Positions 55,883-64,000 of a stretch of 64,000 bases of DNA are shown here, piece by piece. The DNA is from Octopus sinensis. Taxonomy: Eukaryota. The stretch spans positions 24,490,001-24,554,000 of the forward strand of contig NC_043020.1 of assembly GCF_006345805.1 (NCBI RefSeq), in the 5' to 3' direction. The notes below the pieces were generated by a model, which was given only the letters and a program-made list of their open reading frames with translations, searched no databases and had not been told where the DNA came from. Made by a program: the position numbers and the translations under genes. Numbering within the stretch: the stretch's first letter is position 1; every line of letters starts with the position of its first letter.

Positions 55883-55986
55883 ATTCTTGCTGAAGAATCC
55901 GAGGGCTTATGGAAGATTGGCTTGATTAATTAATCAGGTTAGTTTACCATTAAACAGCGGATGAAACGGTATACCGTACAAGAAAT
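55883..55986 (+). ncRNA. Type I hammerhead ribozyme (array unit 2)
   Basis: CTGAAGA 55890-55896, atccg/cggat, GAAAC 55963-55967, GTA 55976-55978, caagaaat. Confidence 0.85.
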
Positions 55987-56368
55987 TACAGGGGAAATGT
56001 TTTTTTAATTTTCTCCTTTACGGAATTGATCTTTATTTGCTGGTAGAAGCTTTGGCTGTTATTTCTAGTGGGTGAATGGCCTATTATGGCCGTTCCTTAA
56101 TTGTTAATGTTGAACTTAAAAATGGTCTATGACTATTTAATTTTTTTCCACTGGGCGCTGGTGGCAATAAAATTCTACAAAATTTTCCTTGCCACCCTAT
56201 ATTGATTAATTATGAATTTTTTGGTTAATTCCGTAATGGAATCGACGGCTGATATTTATTTGCTGCCGATAAATTTGGCGCGAGTGCGACGATTTGAAAA
56301 TTTTAGGTCAGATATTGCCTTGGCAAGATTGGGTATGCCTCGTGTAAATATCTGTTCCGACTTGAGCT

Positions 56369-56471
56369 ATTTCTTGCTGAAGAATCAGAGGGCTTAGAAG
56401 ATTGGCTTGATTTAATTAATCAGGTTAGTTTACCATTAAACAGGGATGAAACGGTATACCGTACAAGATAT
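56369..56471 (+). ncRNA. Type I hammerhead ribozyme (array unit 3; stem II altered)
   Basis: CTGAAGA 56377-56383, GAAAC 56448-56452, GTA 56461-56463. Stem II reads atcag/gggat here (mutation or assembly error). Confidence 0.7.
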
Positions 56472-56855
56472 TACAGGGTAAATGTTTTTTTTAATTTTCT
56501 CCTGTTTACGGAATTGATCTTTATTTGCGGTAGAAGCTTTGGCTGTTATTTCTAGTGGGTGAATGGCCTATTATGGCCGTTCCTTAATTGTTAATGTTGA
56601 ACTTAAAAATGGTCTATGACTATTTAATTTTTTCCCACTGGGCCGCTGGTGGCAATAAAATTCTACAAAATTTTCCTTGCCACCCTATATTGATTAATTA
56701 TGAATTTTTTGGTTAATTCCGTAATGGAATCGACGGCTGATATTTATTTGCTGCCGATAAATTTGGCGCGGTGCGACGATTTGAAAATTTTAGGTCAGAT
56801 ATTGCCTTGGCAAGATTGGGTATGCCTCGTGTAAATATCTGTTCCGACTTGAGCT

Positions 56856-56958
56856 ATTTCTTGCTGAAGAATCGAGGGCTTATGGAAGATTGGCTTGATT
56901 TAATAATCAGGTTAGTTTACCATTAACAGCGGATGAAACGGTATACCGTACAAGAAAT
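56856..56958 (+). ncRNA. Type I hammerhead ribozyme (array unit 4)
   Basis: atttcttg-CTGAAGA 56864-56870, GAAAC 56935-56939, GTA 56948-56950, caagaaat. Confidence 0.8.
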
Positions 56959-57078
56959 TACAGGGTAAATGTTTTTTTAATTTTCTCCTGTTTACGGAAT
57001 TGATCTTTATTTGCGGTAGAAGATTTGGCTGTTATTTCTAGTGGGTGAATGGCCTATTATGGCCGTTCCTAATTGTTA

Positions 57079-57116
<38 letters not shown>

Positions 57117-57234
57117 ATGTATATATATATATATGTATGTATATATATTATGTATATATATATGTATGTATATATACATATATATGTATGTATACATGTA
57201 TGTATTAATGTAAATATATTATATGTACATGTAT

Positions 57235-57595
57235 GGAGGTAACTTGCCTCCAAAATGCACGATTGCGAGTTCAATTCTACTGCGCAGAACCTCAAGTAAG
57301 TGGTTTTTATGATAGCGTCCGGCTGACCAAAGTCTTGTGAGTAGATTTGGAAGAGGAAACTGAAAGAAGCCTGTCGCATGTATGTATGTACCTATGTATC
57401 TGTGTGTGTGTGTGGTGTCTTAGTGCCTGTGTTTGTCCCACCACCACCGCTTGACAACCAGTGTTGGATTTATTACGTCCCCGTAACCTAGTGATTCGAT
57501 TAAAAGAACCGATAAAATAAGTACCAGGCTTTAAAAAAATTTAAGCCCTAAGTGGTGCCCCAGCATGGCCGCAGTGAAATGACAGAAAATGAAAG
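57235..57595 (+). mobile_element. SINE family A
   Basis: ggaaactgaaagaagcctgtcg...cttgacaaccagtgttgg...ccagcatggccgcagt. Confidence 0.75.
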
Positions 57596-58630
57596 GTTAA
57601 AGATATACACTTTTATAAACGTTTGTGTTATATCTTCATGAATGTATGAATTTGTGCATCTATAATTGTATAAATTTAGATATTGTTTGTAATGCTATGA
57701 ATGTGTGTTATTTTGTTTGTTGATTAAATTTTTTGTGGAAAGGTTTTTGTTATCGAAATATGTGTTTGCAAGTGTATGTATGAGTGTACGTTTACTAGTG
57801 TGCATATTTCTATTATTCACACGGGCACACCGTTGACGAATGTTTAACAATTTCATTTTGCAGTCACGTGGTCCAGCAGTTGATTCCTTGTAGACGGATC
57901 GAAACCTCGTATCAACATCGTGCTGACTCAAGCTTTGTAAATGAAATCAGCAGACAGATTGTCAAATGGAATGTATCTGTTTTTTAAATTCCCATCTTGT
58001 CACATGCAGTGACAAGGATTGCATTAATGGTAGCTACGATTATATCGAGTTTATACCCAACCACACTTAAGCAAATTCAATTAAGGAATAAACCAGTTAC
58101 TCAAAGTATTGAATATTCATCGTCGACATCGACAGCGAACCAGAATTTCAGCAGATCACTGTCAAAGTGACATCACTTCTGTTTTATAGTCAAGACAGTT
58201 TGACGGATTTTTTAGTCTGTCTACGAGACAATAGTGTGTTTAGAAGCTTTTACCAAACTAATGAATCTTTCTTTGCTGTGAATATGTTTGTGTGCGCGCG
58301 TGCGTATGTGGCATATGCATAGCTGTGCTTCTAGGTTCATTCAGGAAACTCAAATAGGAAAATCTTTGGAATGCTTTGCAAGATATCATTCTCCCATTTA
58401 TGTTCCGGATCTGAAAGTGGAGACACGTGAGTTTGGTTTACCCTTTCTTTAAAAAAAACGGTGGTACTTCAAGTCTTTTATGCAGATCTTCATTATACAT
58501 GTAAATGTAAGTGTACGTCCAGTAGCGGGGTCTAAAAATTCTCTATTCCTTTCGCCATAGACGTTCGCTTTGACTTTCTGCTGGGCAGCTGACCTCTACA
58601 AAAGTGCATGCGTTTTATTTCTCTTTTCAG

Positions 58631-58711
58631 CGAACAATAACAAGTCTGTTACCCTTGCATCGGATTGTTATTACAAAGGAAATGTTCCACCAGAATTCCT
58701 TATTTTCAAAG
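58631..58711 (+). CDS. Weak candidate internal exon (81 nt, phase-symmetric), product unknown
   Basis: Strong acceptor gttttatttctcttttcag, open frame NNNKSVTLASDCYYKGNVPPEFLIFK, weak donor AAG|gtctga. No recognisable homology. Confidence 0.15.
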
Positions 58712-60044
58712 GTCTGAACGCATTCCGGTTTTCGTATGCATTTTGTATGACCGTTGAAACAATCTGTCTTGCGTATCAAATCTCACTTGCAGCTACTTTC
58801 AGAAAGCAAAGAATTGATACACCTTATAACTAGATCTCTTCGTGCCACAGTAAACCAATTTGTATGTCATTTTGGCTTTCTACACTTCTTTTTCATATAC
58901 CCGAGATTGATTTGTATAGAAAAAAACCCCCATCTTTGTACAAGCATCCACCAATTAGATATTCAGATATATTCATGGTGACGTTCCATTATGCAGCTTT
59001 GCCAGAGCTTTAAAGAAAGTTCCAGAAAATATTGATGCTGATGTTAATATAGTGTCTGTCCTGATTCTATCCAGCCATAATGTATTCCGGTTAAAATCCT
59101 ACTTATCATTCCGGATCTTCGACCAAAATGGTTAAAGATCGTCTTAAGAAGGACTCTTTTTAAAGAGATATTGTTTTCTTTCATCTCCCTCTACACGGTT
59201 CGGCTGCTGGAAGCGAAACCGTGGTCAATAATGGATTGTTGACGCAGTTTTTTTTAATAAAAATATTTTTCCCTCATCGTCTTGACTTCACGCTCTCTGA
59301 GTTATTAATTTCCTCTCAAGTCTTTGGAATGAAGAATCTCGATAGATTCCAGTTAGATTTTTCATAAGATAGACTTGCTGTGATGTGAATATATTATTCA
59401 CAAAAGGCAATATCACAGCATCTAAATGAATACATACATGAAAGCATGTATGTGTGTGTGTGTGTGTATCTATTTGCGTACCAGAAAGTATGTATGTATA
59501 AATACATAAGAAAATGCACGTACAGCGCATGCGCGTAAAAGTTTCACCTATCTGTCTATTCATGCGTGACGGGTGGAATAAGCCGTTAAGCGAAACTTGT
59601 AATGATCTTTAATCTTACAATAAAATTGCTTCTACTTTCAATGTTCATTCACTCGGTCAACAACCGTTCCGTTTTAATTTTTAAAACGGTTTTAAAATCA
59701 TAACCTAATAACCTTATGTGCGTGTGTGTGGTGGTGGTGGTGGGGGTTATCGGTGTCTGTGCGTGTGTGTGTGATGAGTGTGTGTGCGAGTGAATGAGTT
59801 TATGTGTCTGCTTTCATACACCAGTTAGTTGACCAATAGCAGCCGTGACATAGTTTCAATTGAAAAACACCTCAACTTCTAACAAAATGATGATGACGGT
59901 GGGAGTGGTGGGAGTGTGCATGGTTTTAATGCATTTCTTTCCAATGTTAGCGAAAAGAAATATTCGTTCTGAACTACACACAACTCATTCTTATATAGAT
60001 GATCATACACATACATATCTATCTATCTATCTATCTATCGATCG

Positions 60045-60122
<78 letters not shown>

Positions 60123-60221
60123 TTGTCTATCTATCTATCTATTTGTCTGTCTGTCTGTTTATCTATATCTATTTATCTATGTATCTCTCAATTTGTCTGT
60201 CTCTCTATCTGTGTGCTTGTA

Positions 60222-60292
<71 letters not shown>

Positions 60293-61059
60293 TTGTCTGT
60301 CTGTGTCTATCTGTCTGTCTATCCATCCATCCATCCATCCATCCATCCATCCATCCATCCATCCATCCATCCATCTACTTTAGGGAAATCGGTTGAGTAG
60401 ATTATTTTGGGGTGGTCATTCCCTCATCTTCGCTCTGACCTCAAATCACACCCCGAGGTCTTCCAAACTTTCGATGCATGGAACTCGTTGAATGCAGAAG
60501 CAGTCGAAATTTCTCACTGTTTCTGTCTTCCAAACCCTTTTGGAATATATCGACTCTGATAAAACCCTGAGAGGGATGGGCTTCTCCGGCAGGTTTGAAA
60601 TTACCCGCAGTACATCATATAACCGGACGACACACGTCAAACTTTTGAGGTGCCAAGAAAGCATTGCCTGTACACACACACACGCACACAAACACACAGA
60701 ATATATTTCATGTAACGCTAAGAAGCGGTGAACGCTACCAATTTGTTCGAATCTACTTCACATCGCTGTTAAAGTATCCGCATACGAAGAGTTTGGACTG
60801 GCTACAGTCAATACTTGCATCAAGCCCCCGTTTAAGTTGTCATAATGAAGTACTATTTGGTTAGACATCATTACAATGACTATATATATATAATTCGTTA
60901 TATGTATGTATGCACAAAATCCTACTCAAAACGGACAGTTGCAGGACGGGTCGAGACAATCGTTCCACTGAACAATGACTTGTGCTACATCTATCTTCCT
61001 TTTCTTTCATCAATTATTATCATGTATTGCACCCAAAAAGTTCCGGGCAAATTTATGTA

Positions 61060-61296
61060 TGGAAGACCATCAGTCGCCCATGCCTTACCAGTCTCCCTGA
61101 TGTTATCCAAGGGAATGGCAAAGGGGCTGATAAGCTTTGTACCAGTGATGCGGTAACTCATTTGTGCAGCTAAGTGAACTGGAGCAACATGAAATAAAGT
61201 GCTTTGCTCAAGAACACAACACACAACCCGGCCTGGGAATCGAACTCACTACTTCATGATTGTGAGCTCGATGCTCAAACCACTGAACCACGTACC

Positions 61297-61298
<2 letters not shown>
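61060..61298 (-). mobile_element. SINE family C (also about 14250-14390 and 36630-36757)
   Basis: ggagcaacatgaaataaagtgctttgctcaagaacacaac...gggaatcgaac: tRNA-like head on the minus strand, shared by three loci. Confidence 0.7.
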
Positions 61299-61338
<40 letters not shown>

Positions 61339-61754
61339 TACAAATACACACACCAGTGTTTGTGCGTGGACGTGTCGGCATAATGATGCAACAAAATTAA
61401 GCGAAGTGCGAGTTGCAGACGTAACAGCAGAAAACATTAAGATTTTATTAATTATTTCATTTCTTTCGTATTTTCTAATATTTAGGTTTGATTCTATATT
61501 CAATACAGCCGAACACACCCCGTTCCCTTATCTCTTTGTCTACGCTTTCTCATGTGTGTGTGTGTGTGTGAGTGTGTTTTTGTTTGTGTATGTCTGTTTA
61601 CGTGTGTATGTATCTATACAAATGCAAGCATTAGTGAGATTCGTATGTGTATAAATGTATTTATGTTTATATATATATGCGTGTGTGTATGTTTGTGTGT
61701 ATGCATGTATATATATGCGTGTGTGTATGTATATGTAGATATATGTGTGTGTGA

Positions 61755-61809
<55 letters not shown>

Positions 61810-62467
61810 TAAAAAGATGTAAGATAAATATAGATATATTTACATATACGCATACAGTAATAAACACACACGTACGTACATACACACGTACATATATACA
61901 TATATACATACATACATAATACACGCACTCATACACATACATATATAGATGATCACAAACCCGGCGCTACTTTATATTATATCGCAAAAGTAATCTCTCT
62001 TACAGCTGTTTAATAGATAGACATACATACAACACACACACGCACACATAAACACACACACACACATATGGACACACACAGCCTTTTATTTTTGTGTTTA
62101 CTTTGGTGCTTAAAAAAAATATACATTTCGAAGTTTCTCGCCATTCTTTTTATTTCCTGCTTTATTTTTGTCTCTTTTGAATAATTTATTTTTGGTTCAG
62201 CTGTTAGAATTTGGTTTGTGTCTCGCTTCAACTTGGTTTGTTTCAAGAGATGTTTGCAAGTTGACTTTAATTTTTAATTCGTTTCACACTTGTTCTTTAC
62301 TGCTTCGACCTGAAAAACCTCAACTTGTCCTGCTAAATCATTCACAGACACCGAAAGACACACATATTGATGCACTCGGGAACTTGTACGTGATGGATGT
62401 ATAGTTAGGTAGATAGATGTAGACACATATCTATACACATATATACATATGTTTGTGGGTGTGGGTG

Positions 62468-62517
<50 letters not shown>

Positions 62518-62587
62518 TCCTCTTGTATATCTGTTTGTATATGTTTCATATATATATATACATATATATATATATTATATATTATAT

Positions 62588-62621
<34 letters not shown>

Positions 62622-62731
62622 ATAAACATATACATATATACATATCCATATGACTGTATGTTAGGGAGTGTATGCGTGTGTGTGTATGTGAAGCTTTATT
62701 GCTCACAATATATCTAACACTTTAATACTAG

Positions 62732-62793
<62 letters not shown>

Positions 62794-64000
62794 CATACAT
62801 ATGTATACATATATATATTTACAAACACTCGCGCACACACACAAGTATATGCATACGTTTGGATACACACATGTATCAAAGTATGAGTATATCTATATAA
62901 ATGTAAATGTATATTTATATGATTTGTATTTCATATATATATATATATATATATACGTACATACATACATATATATATATAGAGATATTTATACAGGTAT
63001 GTGAGTACACTACACACACACACACACACACACACAAAATATTGTGCCTTCCACTATAACCTCGAACCGACCACAGTGTTGTGAGTGATTTATATAGACG
63101 GAAACATATCTGTACGTTCCTTTATGTCCGTGTTTGCCTCTCACATACATAATACACGCACTCACACACATACATATATAAATGTAACCGGTATTTATGT
63201 CCCCATGACTAGGCGGCTCGGCAAAACAGGCCAATAGAATAAGCACCAGGCTTTAAAAAAAGTATGTACTAGCTTTTGAGGCAGTGCTCCAACATTACCA
63301 CAATCTAATGACTGAAGCAATTCGAAGATAAACGATAAAAGATATTAACAAAATTCTTTCATGTCAGTGACCAGGTCACATTATGTGCGACGAATATTTT
63401 GACACAACATGAAGTAAACAGCTTTTATGAGTTTCTGAATGGCTTATATGTGTCTTTTTTCGCTACGATTACTTTAGTTTCAATACACGGTGTCGGATCG
63501 AATCACTCATCAGCCAAATGCATTCCAGAATCATTTGTTTTTCCAAAATATATGGCAATGCTGCTTTTTCAAAATTTCTAAGTATATTTATTTTGTCCTG
63601 CCAAGGAGAATAAATTTCAGAAAGCGGTCACTTAGTCCATGATCAATTCTTTGAATAAATATTTAGAACTTCAAATAGACACGCATTCACTTACGTACAT
63701 TGAGGCACCTGGAAAAAGAAAGACCCCCCAAAACTAATAGAAGGTGGTCATTTCTGCAAAACATTTGATTAAACTTCGGTTAAAGTAGTATTAATCTTGG
63801 TCTAAAACACAATAGCAAACCCCCTCCTCACAAATTTTAATAAATACAAATTAAAAATAGTTCTTACCCGGGGCCCTTGAACAAGATTTTGTCTATAAAG
63901 TTGTTGTAAAACAGTAAAAGCTGAAACTTACCTAAAAGAGAAATAAAAATAACAGAATTTAAGAAAATATAGAAGAAATCAGAGATGAAAGATAATTATG

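Larger units (their letters stand above)
55111..57080 (+). mobile_element. Tandem array of ~4 units (~480-490 bp), each with a type I hammerhead ribozyme; candidate non-LTR retrozyme
   Basis: Near-identical direct repeats with predicted GTA cleavage triplets ending at 55498, 55978, 56463 and 56950. Flanked on the right by (TA)n. The units differ mainly by 1-bp indels. Confidence 0.85.

Noticed and set aside
55111-57080. Unit-to-unit 1-bp indels as biological variation
   Set aside because: They are mostly homopolymer or single-base deletions typical of unpolished long-read consensus and cannot be interpreted without reads.

Overview
Gene-poor, repeat-dominated eukaryotic DNA. The dense TA/CA/GA/GATA/TAA microsatellites and tRNA-derived SINE families are most consistent with an octopus (coleoid cephalopod) genome; this is an inference. 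Nearly all ORFs in the track are microsatellite translations, and no intact protein-coding gene can be supported. The only recognisable protein remnants are R4/Dong-type retrotransposon endonuclease fragments sitting in (TAA)n arrays (25.7-26.7 kb) and a C2H2-finger LINE tail (18.3-18.6 kb). The standout is a ~480-490 bp tandem array at 54,577-57,080 inserted in (TA)n. Every unit carries a complete type I hammerhead ribozyme, and the unit folds into a branched RNA whose many G-U pairs work on only one strand. This is a candidate retrozyme / viroid-like circular RNA element with an inverted first unit. Unrelated hammerhead-bearing, Penelope-like inserts occur at 35.9-36.2, 36.9, 45.2 and 49.5 kb, possibly also 32.5-33.4 kb. 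Helitron-like elements, Tc1/Tigger-like MITEs and a templated insertion are also present. Coordinates were read by eye, and repeat boundaries are approximate.
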